A DNA stretch of 64,000 nt from Octopus vulgaris (taxonomy: Eukaryota). Where the stretch lies: NCBI GenBank assembly GCA_951406725.2, contig OX597827.1:72974001-73038000 (forward strand). Direction: 5' to 3'. Positions within the stretch are counted from its first letter, which is position 1; each line of letters starts with the position of its first letter. The notes under the pieces were generated by a model. The model was not told the DNA's origin, did not search any database, and saw only the letters and a list, made by a program, of their open reading frames with translations. Shown piece by piece: positions 1 through 14,450 of this stretch. The translations under genes were made by a program, and so were the position numbers.

Positions 1-647
1 TTTACAGTTCGTTTGTGGGCTAAATCTACATACAGTGCAATAGTTATCCGTACAGAGAGTTCTACTAAAAGGATAGGTTCTACCAATTATAGATCTGATA
101 GGGTTGCCTGGCTTTTCAACAACCTTAATTCTTAGTTTAAGTTTATCTAGGGTCCTTCTAAAGCGGTACGCTAGTTCACCTCCAGGGGTGGTGTCAACGA
201 ACATGACACTCTGGTATTTATGGCTATCATACCAAGAGTTGGCCTTCCTTATTTTCTTTTTGTCCTTTCTATAGTGTTCCATGACTTGTTCCTATAGAGT
301 GGGCAAATCCCATTCCTATCATTACATAATATATTATCAAATTTCTTCATGGCTCCTTTGTATACTCTGATCCTTTCTTTATGGCTGTAACCTGAGAACT
401 GCATGCGGTGAATGAAATACTGTATGTGTCTCTTTAATTCTGTAGGCTCGCACATGCGTGACACATTTCTCATTATTCTGACGAGGTCTGCCATCAAAAT
501 ATTGAATTTGGCATTGCCCGCAATGGCTGAGTTCTCAGGTTACAGCCATAAAGAAAGGATCAGAGTATACAAAGGAGCCATGAAGAAATTTGATAATATA
601 TTATGTAATGATAGGAATGGGATTTGCCCACTCTATAGGAACAAGTC

Positions 648-1259
648 ATGGAACACTATAGAAAGGACAAAAAGAAAATAAGGAAGGCCAACTCTTGGTA
701 TGATAGCCATAAATACCAGAGTGTCATGTTCGTTGACACCACCCCTGGAGGTGAACTAGCGTACCGCTTTAGAAGGACCCTAGATAAACTTAAACTAAGA
801 ATTAAGGTTGTTGAAAAGCCAGGCAACCCTATCAGATCTATAATTGGTAGAACCTATCCTTTTAGTAGAACTCTCTGTACGGATAACTATTGCACTGTAT
901 GTAGATTTAGCCCACAAACGAACTGTAAAGCCAGAAATGTGGTCTATAGTATAAGATGTATAGAGGGACGATGCAGTAACAAGACAGTAACATACGTAGG
1001 GGAAACTGCAAGAAGCATTGGTGAGCGGGTGAATGAACATTGGAGACAACTCAAGGAAGGTAAAAGCTCATCGATTCTGTACCAACACGCCGAACAAGAA
1101 CACGGGGGATCAATCAATAACATAGAGATTAAGATATTGTCCACACATAGAACAGATGCAACAATTAGACAAATTACAGAAGCTACACATATAATAGAAA
1201 ATAAACCTAGCCTGAATAGAAAACTAGAATGGAGCAATAGCGCACACCACAACATATGA
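648..1259 (+). CDS. GIY-YIG endonuclease portion of the PLE ORF in the upstream repeat copy (uninterrupted here)
   Basis: NVVYSIRC-x12[16 protein letters not shown] ... RQITEATHI ... PSLNRKLEW. Confidence 0.88.
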   Translation: MEHYRKDKKKIRKANSWYDSHKYQSVMFVDTTPGGELAYRFRRTLDKLKLRIKVVEKPGNPIRSIIGRTYPFSRTLCTDNYCTVCRFSPQTNCKARNVVYSIRCIEGRCSNKTVTYVGETARSIGERVNEHWRQLKEGKSSSILYQHAEQEHGGSINNIEIKILSTHRTDATIRQITEATHIIENKPSLNRKLEWSNSAHHNI

Positions 1260-1774
1260 CAATAGTGGATCCTGCAAACATAATAAATACACAGGTAATT
1301 AAAGAAATAGAAATGAATATCTATGTGTATGTATATGTGTATATATGTGTATATGTATATGTGTATATGTGTGTGTATATATGTATATATATATATGTAT
1401 ATGTATATGTATGTATATATATATATATGTATATGTATATTCTTTTTTTTTTTTTTTTTTTCTCGATTAGATTTATTATTATTATTACTAATATTGTTGT
1501 TATACATACATACAAGCATATGTAATGATAATAATGGGTGGATGTAAACACATGAACAAAATTAGAACAAAAGCAACAACAACAAAAACAAAATACAAAT
1601 TACAAGAATGTATATAACCAGAAGATACAAATATTACAGACATCCCCCCACACACACTAAATAAACATAGACGCACATAGAGATATAAGCATGCGCAAAT
1701 GAAGACATACAATAGAAATACAAAATGGCTGACGGTTAGTAAGGAGAGACACAAGTAAGTGAGAAGAAAACAAA

Positions 1775-1819
1775 GGACCACTGATGCGGTCACAGGAGTG
1801 TGACGAAAGAACTTTGGCC
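1775..1819 (+). ncRNA. Minimal type-I hammerhead-like motif in PLE repeat (variant core)
   Basis: GGACCA-CUGAUGC-G-GUCACA(GGAG)UGUGAC-GAAA-GAAC-UU-UGGCC: 6-bp stem II, bulged stem I, A9 replaced by C; ~100 nt upstream of the ORF ATG. Confidence 0.6.
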
Positions 1820-1915
1820 GAAATAAGATTAAGATTAATGTAAAAAATAAATATCACTGAAGCAAAATAACACCAAATATATAGTGCGTGTGTTTTTATT
1901 GGCTAAACTGGCAAT

Positions 1916-4900
1916 ATGACCATTCCGAAATATAACAATATCTGTTTCAACACACGACTTCACATAAAAAATCTTGCACAACAAATATTTAAACGTACTA
2001 ACGTGAGCCACAGCCAGGCTTGCAAGATGCTGAAGAACACTATATTTTGTTGCCTAAAGAAAACTGTGACAACGCAACAGCTTCGTTTTATAAAACAATG
2101 TGTCTCGTCCAGGATATGTATCAACAAGGTCACAGCCAACGTTAAACGGCTTGACCTCACTAACGGACAAGCGGAAAGACTAAAAAGGACGCTAATGGTA
2201 AATATTAGAAATGGAATATACAGAGAGCTGAGCGAACAAGAGAAGCGTAAACGTATATTTTTAAAAGAAATTAAAAGTATCACCACACGAAAGGAGAAAA
2301 CCTTAATAATGGATATAATATATGAAGAAAACAGACATGTAATACACCAATGCAATATCCATTTTAAGAGGAAGTTATCGTGGTTGAAACAGAAACGTCA
2401 ATATGAGCTCGCAAAGGAAGAAAAGCAGAAGTATCCAGATACAATAAATGGAATTATTATGGAAGATGTGCTACTACCAGAAGAGTTCAATAAAGACAAT
2501 GAAGCGAACATCTATGGGGGAGTAACAACGGACCCAGATGAAATATCGATACTTCAACTACCACCAAAGTATGCAGTGTATAGTAAAGTGAATACCATCA
2601 AATGCCTGTCCGAGATTGAAAAGTCGTTCACAAAAATACGTTGGAATTTAAATAGATACTATGACAACAACACTTGCGACAACAACAACAACGCGAAAAA
2701 CACTAACCGCAGCAACAACAACACAAACAATAATGACCGCAACAATAACAACCGTAGCAACAAAAGCAACACGAACCCTAACAGCGGCAACAACAACAAC
2801 AACACGAACCCTAACAGCGACAACAACAATAACAATAGAAAAAATGTATGCATAGACACAAACAATAGATACAAAAACAAAAACACAAACAGAGAGAGAA
2901 AAATCGTATACAACAGCAACAACAACAACAATTATAGGGAGAACCGACACACAAACACACACACAGATAGCCATAGTCACAAAGACACGAATAAAAGTTG
3001 TGTCATAGGGGTCACGATGGAGAATAAAGTTGAATGCAACAGGATCCTTGGACAGGGAGTCAGCGGACTTGAAACAGATAACAATATTCATAGGAACAAA
3101 AATAACGACCGCAACAAGGGGATTGACAGGGACCAACAGACAGACATAAAACCCAACACTAATATAAACAACACATATACCAGAAACAGGAACAATGAAT
3201 ATATCACTAGCGATGATAGTAATAATGGCAATGGTAGGAATAAAGGTAATAACAATAATAGTGGTAGTAGTAGTGGTGATGGTAACAGTAGAAGTAGTAA
3301 TGAGGATAGTAGTGATAGTTGTGGTGGTAATAGGAATACTAGTAGTAGTAGTAGTAGTGGTAATGGTGATAATAATAATAGGAAGGCTGATGTTGGAAAC
3401 AGTAACGATAATGAAGATAACCCTAGAGAGACCATTGACATGTATACCCATCCCTTTGACACTCAATTCTTCAACGTATGCGACAAAACTTACTGCATGA
3501 ACCGAATTTATCCAACAACATTACCCTTCAACAAAAGGGTATACATCCCAAGACGTACTAATGACCACATGGAAGCACAGTTCACTATAGCTAGGACCAA
3601 ACTTAGACAGATTTTAGGTTTATACATTAAGAGACAGAGACAGAATAAGACAGATGCCCAACAACTCGGGATTAAACCTACATGTGGCCTACAGAAGCTC
3701 ATTCAGCGCACGAGGAACGGAGAGGTGATATGCCTTCCCACGGATAAGTCAGGCAGGATGTCAATAGACAGCTTACCGAACTACATCCAGGCAATGCAAC
3801 CTCATATCGCCAATACAAAAGTAACAACTGTACAGGCGCATGAGGAGAGAGAAAAGGTCCTCAATGCCCACATGATGATGTGGACAATTGTTCTGGGACC
3901 TCAGAAACGTACTGCAAAGAATTTCCAAGCCTGGAACAATGATATCCCGGCACTGTATGGACTTCGCAAGGACCATAAAGGTTTTACTGACCCTATAGCA
4001 GGACCACCAACAAGACCAGTCTGTGGAGCGAATATCGCTAGCAATTACAGAATCTCCTACTTCCTCTCAATGATCATACGCCCTATAATCAGGATGTCAC
4101 CTGATGTATGTGACAGCACAGAAGATCTCCTAAGCAGGATCAGTGACTGTAACAAAACTTGTGACTTGACAGGATGTATAGTAGGTAGCATGGATGTGGT
4201 ATCCCTATACCCATCGATTGACGTAGATTTTGCAGTGGAGAAGTGCGTGGAGATGATCAACGAGAGCCAGGTGGAGTTCTGTAATGTCGACACAGAAGAA
4301 CTGGGCCTCCTACTTAGACTGACATATAATAGTGAATACTTAGATAAACATAATCTTAGTAGTTTCTGCCCCAGTAGATGTTTAAGAGGTAGACCGCCTA
4401 CAATTACTTCTATGGCTAGGAAGACACATATAGAAAGATGGCGCGGATGGACCAGAGCCATACGGAGCCCCGCAAATGTCCATCAGGTAAAGAAAATGAT
4501 CGCACATGCACTAGGAGCTAGTATAAGAGTTACCCTAAAAGGCCACACATTTAAATTTAATAATAAAATATATGCCCAGGACGAGGGGGCAGCCATCGGT
4601 GTTAGTATCGCTGGTGATGTGGCCAACCTCTTCATGGTATGGTGGGACAGAAGGCTTAAAGAATGCCTACTGCAGAAATCCATACTCGTAAACATGTACT
4701 CTCGCTATGTTGATGATATCAATATAGTAGTAAAGGCACCCCCACAAGAGAGTACGGTTGATATAGTAATAGAAACTAATACTATGGAGAGCATCCAGCA
4801 AATAGCTAACTCCATCCACCAGAGTATTAAGGTCACAATAGACTACCCCACTAAACACCCCAACCATAGACTACCAGTACTAGACACTGAACTCTGCTAG

Positions 4901-5837
4901 AAATTGTGAAAAATAAAACCCAAATCCTTCATTCATACTATGCAAAACCTATGGCCTCAAAATACCTGATCCACCGGAACTCAGCCATTGCGGGCAATGC
5001 CAAATTCAATATTTTGATGGCAGACCTCGTCAGAATAATGAGAAATGTGTCACGCATGTGCGAGCCTACAGAATTAAAGAGACACATACAGTATTTCATT
5101 CACCGCATGCAGTTCTCAGGTTACAGCCATAAAGAAAGGATCAGAGTATACAAAGGAGCCATGAAGAAATTTGATAATATATTATGTAATGATAGGAATG
5201 GGATTTGCCCACTCTATAGGAACAAGTCATGGAACACTATAGAAAGGACAAAAAGAAAATAAGGAAGGCCAACTCTTGGTATGATAGCCATAAATACCAG
5301 AGTGTCATGTTCGTTGACACCACCCCTGGAGGTGAACTAGCGTACCGCTTTAGAAGGACCCTAGATAAACTTAAACTAAGAATTAAGGTTGTTGAAAAGC
5401 CAGGCAACCCTATCAGATCTATAATTGGTAGAACCTATCCTTTTAGTAGAACTCTCTGTACGGATAACTATTGCACTGTATGTAGATTTAGCCCACAAAC
5501 GAACTGTAAAGCCAGAAATGTGGTCTATAGTATAAGATGTATAGAGGGACGATGCAGTAACAAGACAGTAACATACGTAGGGAAACTGCAAGAAGCATTG
5601 GTGAGCGGGTGAATGAACATTGGAGACAACTCAAGGAAGGTAAAAGCTCATCGATTCTGTACCAACACGCCGAACAAGAACACGGGGATCAATCAATAAC
5701 ATAGAGATTAAGATATTGTCCACACATAGAACAGATGCAACAATTAGACAAATTACAGAAGCTACACATATAATAGAAAATAAACCTAGCCTGAATAGAA
5801 AACTAGAATGGAGCAATAGCGCACACCACAACATATG
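1916..5837 (+). CDS. PLE polyprotein (RT-thumb, Cys linker, GIY-YIG), interrupted by single-base frameshifts at ~4896, ~5255, ~5580, ~5685
   Basis: Motifs [36 protein letters not shown]...ANLFM, RYVDD, LPVLD; next frame YAKPMAS..IH, FSGYS; then CxxxxCxxC, NVVYSIRC...YVGET. One added base at TGCTAG restores W-L-E-I-V-K-N. Confidence 0.9.
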
Positions 5838-6360
5838 ACAATAGTGGATCCTGCAAACATAATAAATACACAGGTAATTAAAGAAATAGAAATGAATATC
5901 TATGTGTATGTATATGTGTATATATATGTATATGTATATGTGTATATGTGTGTGTATATATGTATATATATATATGTATATGTATATGTATGTATATATA
6001 TATATATGTATATGTATATTCTTTTTTTTTTTTTTTTTTTTTTTTTTTCTCGATTAGATTTATTATTATTATTACTAATATTGTTGTTATACATACATAC
6101 AAGCATATGTAATGATAATAATGGGTGGATGTAAACACATGAACAAAATTAGAACAAAAGCAACAACAACAAAAACAAAATACAAATTACAAGAATGTAT
6201 ATAACCAGAAGATACAAATATTACAGACATCCCCCCCACACACTAAATAAACATAGACGCACATAGAGATATAAGCATGCGCAAATGAAGACATACAATA
6301 GAAATACAAAATGGCTGACGGTTAGTAAGGAGAGACACAAGTAAGTGAGAAGAAAACAAA

Positions 6361-6405
6361 GGACCACTGATGCGGTCACAGGAGTGTGACGAAAGAACTT
6401 TGGCC
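6361..6405 (+). ncRNA. Second copy of the PLE hammerhead-like motif
   Basis: Identical to 1775-1819. Confidence 0.6.
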
Positions 6406-6579
6406 GAAATAAGATTAAGATTAATGTAAAAAATAAATATCACTGAAGCAAAATAACACCAAATATATAGTGCGTGTGTTTTTATTGGCTAAACTGGCAA
6501 TATGACCATTCCGAAATATAACAATATCTGTTTCAACACACGACTTCACATAAAAATCTTGCACAACAAATATTTAAAC

Positions 6580-6702
<123 letters not shown>

Positions 6703-6708
6703 TATATA

Positions 6709-6744
<36 letters not shown>

Positions 6745-6799
6745 TGTATGTATGTTTGTATGTATGTATGTATGTATGTATGTATTTATGTATTACCGG

Positions 6800-6936
6800 T
6801 AAAGGTTTTACCTGACAATTCTGTACAAGACATTGTAGATCTTTAGCTGGGCTAAAAAGTCACATTCGATTCAGGACCAGTAACAGTTAAGCTTCGTGCA
6901 CTGGCCATACTCGATAACGAGGGGGCAGCCATCATG
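6800..6936 (+). mobile_element. RTE-type LINE 3' tip
   Basis: [21 protein letters not shown] (C2H2-like C-terminus), then a short 3' stem-loop CTCG-ATAA-CGAG. Confidence 0.6.
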
Positions 6937-7077
6937 TATTAATAGAGGTCACAAAAATGACGGCGGGTACTGACCAGCACCAGAAATTGCTACAAACAAG
7001 AGTTAAAATAACTCAAAAGCTACAAAGCACAGTACTTAATGACTGACAAAGGGAGATATGTCTGCAGCGTATTTAGC

Positions 7078-7129
7078 CGGATCGAACGATTTCGGATTTT
7101 CATGCATAGCATCTTAATCCTCGTCAGCG
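7078..7129 (-). ncRNA. Type-I hammerhead ribozyme, canonical core
   Basis: CG-CUGACGA-GGAUU..AUGC(UAU)GCAU..AAUCC-GAAA-UCG(UU)CGA-UC-CG; lies in the loop of an imperfect inverted repeat 6946-7021/7141-7218. Confidence 0.8.
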
Positions 7130-7306
7130 TCTTTTAACGCCTAGATTTTTGCATTATTTTGAGCCTTGTTTCTAGCAATAGCTAATGCTGGTCAGTACCC
7201 TCCGTCATTTTGTGACCTTTCTTAATTTTGCCTTCAGGTTCAAATTGCTAATAAGCCACCCATTTAATTTGTTCTATTATGTACATACATACATACACAC
7301 ACACAC

Positions 7307-7344
<38 letters not shown>

Positions 7345-7619
7345 TACATACATATATACACATATACATACATACATATATATATGTATATATATAATAA
7401 ATTAATAAATAAATAAAACATATGCATATATACATACATATATGTACGTACCTACCTCTACATGTGAATATACATGCATATATGGGTACAGGACTCCAAA
7501 AAAACGTCGAACACAATGAGAAACAAAAACATAAACACAAAACCAAGGAAAATATATATATATATATACATATGATTTTTGATTTTGATTTTTCCAGTTT
7601 CAGCTAATGAGCTGTGGCC

Positions 7620-9337
7620 ATGCTGGGGCACCGCCATTTGGTGTTGCTACACGGGTTTACCTCACGGATGCTTTTTAGCAAACGCCATCTGATGCATGAG
7701 AGAGTTCGATGCAGCTGCCCTCATCTGCACCTCCTGCCGTGAAGTTGGTTCATCCGGGACACCTGACAGGAAGAGATCCAGTCCTACTTTAAAGACATCC
7801 GCATCTACATCATGCAGGTCCCTCAGGTTCTTCGGGAGGACATTGAAGAGCCGTGGGCCTCTGAAGCCCAGGCTATCACAATATCTTGTCCTACATCTTG
7901 ATGGCAAATTTGGAGTCCTTGGTACTACGCAGTGGCGTCCGGTTCTGGCGTTTGTGTGACTCTCGATGCCAAAGTCTGGGACAAGACCTTCCAGCATCTT
8001 CCAGATATATATTATGGCATATCTTTCTCGCCTACGCTCCAGGGAATAGAGCTTTAATCTCTTGAGTCTCTCCCAGTAGCTCGTATGCTGCACAGAGGCT
8101 ATCTTCTTCGTGTAGCTTCGTTGGATCGCCTCAAGTTCTGTGATCAACTTGACACTGGATGGTGACCATAGCTGAGAGCAATAGTCAAAGTGGCTTAGGA
8201 CAAGTGTCTTCCAGAGGACCATCATGGTTTCTTGTTCTCTTGTTCTAAAGGTTCTAAGAATCCATCCAGCCAGCCGTCTGCATTTCATTGTCAGTTTAGC
8301 AACATGTACATGAAAGGTCGCGTCATCACTCATGTGAATACCCAGGTCACGCACTGATTGTGCCTCTGGGATTGCAATCCCTCCGGGTCCAGTGTATTCA
8401 TTGGGTATTGCATTCAGTTTTGCATGCTGATAGTATAAAGCTTGAAACGTTTCAGCATTGAACTGCATGCTATTCTTTTCAGCCCACTTATATATTTCGT
8501 CCAGCTCACATTGCAGGCGTTTAGTGTCTTCAGGGTTCTGTATTGCCTGTGAAACTTTTGTAACATCTGCATAACTTGTGATCGTGGCTCTCCGCGTGGC
8601 TGAGGGCATGTCTGAGAGGGCCATTATGAACAGTAGTGGTCCCAAAACAGTGCCCTGTGGAACACCGCTCACTATTTGCGTGCTAATGGAAGTGGCCCCA
8701 TTGGCTGCTACCACCTGACTTCTATTCTTCAGAAAGTCATGAAGCCATTCTCCTAGTTTTCCAACTATGCCAAGATCACGCAGTTTGTGACATATCATTC
8801 CATGATCGACTTTATCGAAGGCCTTTGCGAAGTCGAGATATATGACTTCCACATTTGAGTGGTTGAGCAGTTGTTTCAGCACCCAGTCATAGTGCTGCAG
8901 GAGCTTAGTTAAGCAGCTTCTTCCTGGTCGGAAACCATGTTGGGTGTCAGGCAGCAAGTCATTTTCTTCAAGGAAGGTGATTAGTTTCCTTCTGACTATT
9001 CGTTCCATGACCTTGCTGATGTGTGAGGTCAGAGAGATAGGTCTGTAGTTCTTGGCCTCCGCTCTGCTACCTCCTTTATGAATAGGGCATATTTTACCTT
9101 CCTTCAGTTTTCTTGGAAGTTTGCCAGCTGCAAGGAAGCTCTGAAAGAGGAACTGCAGTGGTCTTGCTAGGACTCTCTTACATACTTTTAGGAGGATTGC
9201 CGGGAATCCATCGGGGCCAATAGCTGAGTCTGTTTTCATTTCATCTATAGCCTTTATTACATCGTCTTCCTTTATATCGATGTAATTTATCGTCGCCGCC
9301 TCTGATTCTATATCTGCAGTGGTAAAGAAGTCAGTTG
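7620..9337 (-). mobile_element. 5'-truncated CR1-type LINE, RT domain and C-terminus in one open frame
   Basis: GPDG, NYRPISLTS, QHGFRPGRSC, YLDFAKAFDKVDH, GVPQGTVLGPLLF, YADV (second D lost), DLG, LYSLERRRER. Homology stops at a TA/CA repeat near 9340. Confidence 0.92.
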
Positions 9338-9603
9338 GATATATATATATATACTTGTGTGTGTGCGTGCGCGCGTGTTTTAATATTGGCTCGTCTAAGT
9401 CTCCGTAATCTAGAGATTCGGCAAAAAAAAAACAAAAAGAAAAACAAAACGCCCAATGGAATAAGCATCTGAATTTTAAGGAAGAAGTACTTCTGTCGGT
9501 TTGTTCAATTATATTCCTCAAGTAGGCACACCAGCATGGCCGCAGTCCAATAACTGAAACAAGAGAAAGTTATACATACATATATAACATATGTACGTAC
9601 CTA

Positions 9604-9853
9604 GGGGCACTCCGTCGATTACGACGACCAGGGTCCCAGCTGATACGATCAACGGAATAAGCTTGCTCGTGAAATTAACTTGCAAGTGGCTCAGGGAGAT
9701 TCAGCGTGACACGGAGTGCGACAAGGCCGGCCTTTGAAATAGAGGTATAACTCATTTTTTGCCAGCTGAGTGGACTGGAGCAACGTGAAATAAAGTGTCT
9801 TTCTCAAGGACACAACGTGTAGCCAGGAATTGAACTCACGTTCTTACGATCGC
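9604..9853 (-). mobile_element. tRNA-derived SINE, family A (partial)
   Basis: Shares GTGTCCTTGAGxAAGACACTTTATTTCACG core and CGTCGTAACCGACGGAGTGC tail with 44815-45140. Confidence 0.75.
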
Positions 9854-9960
9854 TAAATGGTTACCAGTTGCATACTGGGATCGAACTAATCGAGTGCCCC
9901 CTCCGCTCCCCACAAATTTCTGGCCTTGATCCTAAAGAAGGAAAAAAATATATTTGTACC

Positions 9961-10006
<46 letters not shown>

Positions 10007-10048
10007 GCATATATATACGTATATATATATGTACACACACACACACGC

Positions 10049-10086
<38 letters not shown>

Positions 10087-10106
10087 CACACATATACATA
10101 CACACA

Positions 10107-10323
10107 CGAGGGATGCTGAAAAGTTTCTGATTTTAAGGGTTATTACGAAAGGCCTGGTTGGTAGCTTAACTTTCCGAGTCCTTATACAGGGCGTGGAAAA
10201 ACTGAAGGACCGCTGCAATAAATATGTGAATCCGAAAAAAGAATATGTTGAATAAAATCATAATTAACTGATTCTCCTGTATTTTCTTTTACCGAAAGCC
10301 AGGAACTTTTCAGTATCCCCACG
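10107..10323. mobile_element. Mariner-derived MITE
   Basis: Imperfect TIRs CGAGGGATGCTGAAAAGTT / AACTTTTCAGTATCCCCACG; internal GVEKLKDRCNKYV..KEYVE resembles a mariner C-terminus. Confidence 0.7.
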
Positions 10324-10358
10324 TAAATACATTATTCTTTAATAAGAATAGTATTGAT

Positions 10359-10399
10359 AGGGACTTCGAAGTTTCGGCTAGTTAAACCACCATCGGACT
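10359..10399 (-). ncRNA. Degenerate hammerhead-like motif
   Basis: CCGAUGG-U-GGUU(UAACU)AGCC-GAAA-CUUCGAAG-UC; palindromic stem III, two core substitutions. Confidence 0.45.
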
Positions 10400-10458
10400 G
10401 GTCAAAGTATAATAAAGTATGATGGAACCCTTCAAATTAATGTAAAATTATTTTAGTA

Positions 10459-10975
10459 CGAGGGTGAATCAAAAAGTAATGCCATTTTGTTTAGGACAAA
10501 ACGAAGCTGGTCCTCTGTGGGTCACATCCCTACTTCTCAACATAGTTACCGTTTCCCTCAATAGCAATATTTCACTTTTGAATGAGAGCGTGCATCCCTG
10601 CTCCGTAAAATCCTGCTGACTGTTCTATGATCCACCTCTTCACTCCCTCCTCACTCACCAGATTTAGCGCCTTCAGACTATTGTCTCTTCGGCACCACGA
10701 AAGAGGGTTTGAGAGGCAAACGTTATTCCAGTGACGCGGAAATGAAAACTGTAGTGAAGAAGGAGCTCAAAAAATAGTCAACAGAACTTTACGGGGCAGG
10801 GATACATGCTCTCATTCGAAGGTGGAACATTGCTATTGAGAGAAACGGTGACTATTTTGAGAAGTAGGGATGTGATCCACAGAGGACCAGCTTCATTTTG
10901 ATGTATGATAATGCTCCTGTGTTGGTAATTATACCTGTCCTTAACAAAATGGCATTACTTTTTGACTCACCCTCG
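10459..10975 (+). mobile_element. Mariner deletion derivative with long inverted arms
   Basis: ~32-bp TIR CGAGGGTGAxTCAAAAAGTAATGCCATTTTGTT, TA on both sides; PDLAPSDY...IHALIRRWNIAIERNGDYFEK; ~10505-10620 is the reverse complement of ~10775-10895. Confidence 0.9.
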
Positions 10976-10992
10976 TATAACATAAAAGCAAA

Positions 10993-12671
<1,679 letters not shown>

Positions 12672-12677
<6 letters not shown>

Positions 12678-12714
12678 AGCGGTGATGGAGTGAACAAACA
12701 TAGATACAAAGGCA

Positions 12715-12782
<68 letters not shown>

Positions 12783-12920
12783 CGACAGGCTCTTTTCAGT
12801 TACCGTCTATCAAATCCACTCACCAGGCTTTTGTCAGCCTGAAGCTATAGTAGAAGACACTTGCCCAAGGACTGAACCCGGAAACATGTGATTGGGAAGC
12901 AAGCTTCTTTCCACGTTACC
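12672..12920 (-). mobile_element. tRNA-derived SINE, family C (CORE-like), partial
   Basis: GGCAAGTGTCTTCTACTATAG core on the minus strand, internal CA/TA tract. Confidence 0.7.
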
Positions 12921-12961
12921 ACACACATACATATATATGTACACACACACACACATCTATA

Positions 12962-13001
<40 letters not shown>

Positions 13002-13019
13002 CACACACACATCTATATC

Positions 13020-13130
<111 letters not shown>

Positions 13131-13539
13131 GTTAGGTCTTCTTTATTCCCAGGTAACTGCATTAGCAGCGTGGTTAGAGCGCCGGACATAAATCTTTGTT
13201 CTAATCATTCTAGGTTTTTTCGTTTTGGGTTCGATTATCGTCAAGGCTAATTTCATTTTTTATTCTTCAGGGTCGGTTGACTGGTGAAATTGTTATAGCA
13301 TCAGAGGGGACATTTCGCAGTATTGTTTCAGCTCTTTACGCTTTCATTTCAAATCCCACCATGACCTACACGACTTATAGACTTGATACTTTGCTAAGTT
13401 AAGCATCACCAACAAGTATCTTGAGTATTTTTTGTTCTGTCCATTCTTTTACGAAGAGAAGAGGAAGAAGAGAAAAGGAAGAAAAAAAAAAGAAAGAAGA
13501 GAAGGAGGAGGGGAACAGAGGAACGACAGACCAACCCCT

Positions 13540-13725
13540 AGTGTACATTATCAACAGCAAGCGCCAACTGAATTAGTTGGGACATGTTGCAAGTCTCCCA
13601 AAGGACAGATTCACCAACCAAGCCCAGGATGAATCAGCACCAAGCGATCGACAGGGACCTTCAGCTGGTAAACCTAAGCTAGAACGATGCACTGAAGATG
13701 GCCGCCGACCTGCTCGAATATTTTG
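13540..13725 (+). mobile_element. RTE-type LINE 3' fragment, degenerate
   Basis: KRQLN*LGHVASLPKDR, and IDRDLQLVNLS*NDALKMAAD in another frame. Confidence 0.55.
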
Positions 13726-13948
13726 AGTACATCATGCGTCAGTGATTCCTCTCTCCATCCTTTCCAAGCCCTGTAAGGGGTCATTGTCATTGTCCGTCCA
13801 TCTGACGAAGCGATAAAAACTTGAAATATTCTGGTCACGTGACTGTAGTACAAATTCATGTACTTTAATCACGTTAATATCACGTGATTTGAGTTCAAAT
13901 TCGATATATTGTAATGGCGTAAGATTAACGGGTTATTTTCTAGAATAT

Positions 13949-14450
13949 TCTGATTTATCAGTGTGTGGCATGGCCTAGCACCACGGAGCCCCTTTCTCTA
14001 GGAAACGAAAGGAGCAGCATCTCATATTTGATCTTGGAACCCGACAGGTATGATTGAACGTTTTTCTCATTCATCCTTTCATCTCCTCTTAATTCTCTTT
14101 TACCTTTTTAATCCTCCTTCCACCCTTTCTCTGCAATATTCCCGTGGTTACTCACCTTCACTCTCTCCATTACCCTTTTCCTCCCCCTTTCTGCAGGCCC
14201 TCGCCTATAACTTCTGTTTCATGTTAGCAGCCCTTCTACGTCCATTACTTGTTGCAGTCAGTTTTTCAAGCTGAGATGTAAAACTCTGTCCGTCTTTCTT
14301 CAACTTCTCTTTTTCTCTGACGAAGGATTGCATCTGAAACGTTGGATATTCTACTCCTCCCGGCAAGTTCACTGACCCCTTTCACTGCTTTCTATATATT
14401 TTCAAGTCTTGCCGACGCTACACACAATTCCTTGCACTTTCCTGATTATA
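13949..14450 (+). mobile_element. 3' end of a second, unrelated PLE (Neptune-like GIY-YIG tail, pyrimidine-rich UTR, HHR)
   Basis: SDLSVCGMA*HHGAPFSRKRKEQHLIFDLGT../GMIERFS matches the RKxxEQxLIFxLGT..GxNERF tail of PLE endonucleases; ends at a TA tract. Confidence 0.7.
14314..14346 (+). ncRNA. Minimal type-I hammerhead
   Basis: UCU-CUGACGA-A-GGAU(UGC)AUCU-GAAA-CG-UU-GGA; self-complementary AACGUU replaces stem III. Confidence 0.7.

Noticed and set aside
4898-4900. Stop-codon readthrough or selenocysteine in the PLE ORF
   Set aside because: The codon is TAG and homology continues in another frame, so it is a 1-bp deletion.
9340-9521. N-terminal extension of the 619-aa RT ORF
   Set aside because: Read-through into microsatellite and flank; LINE homology ends near 9337.
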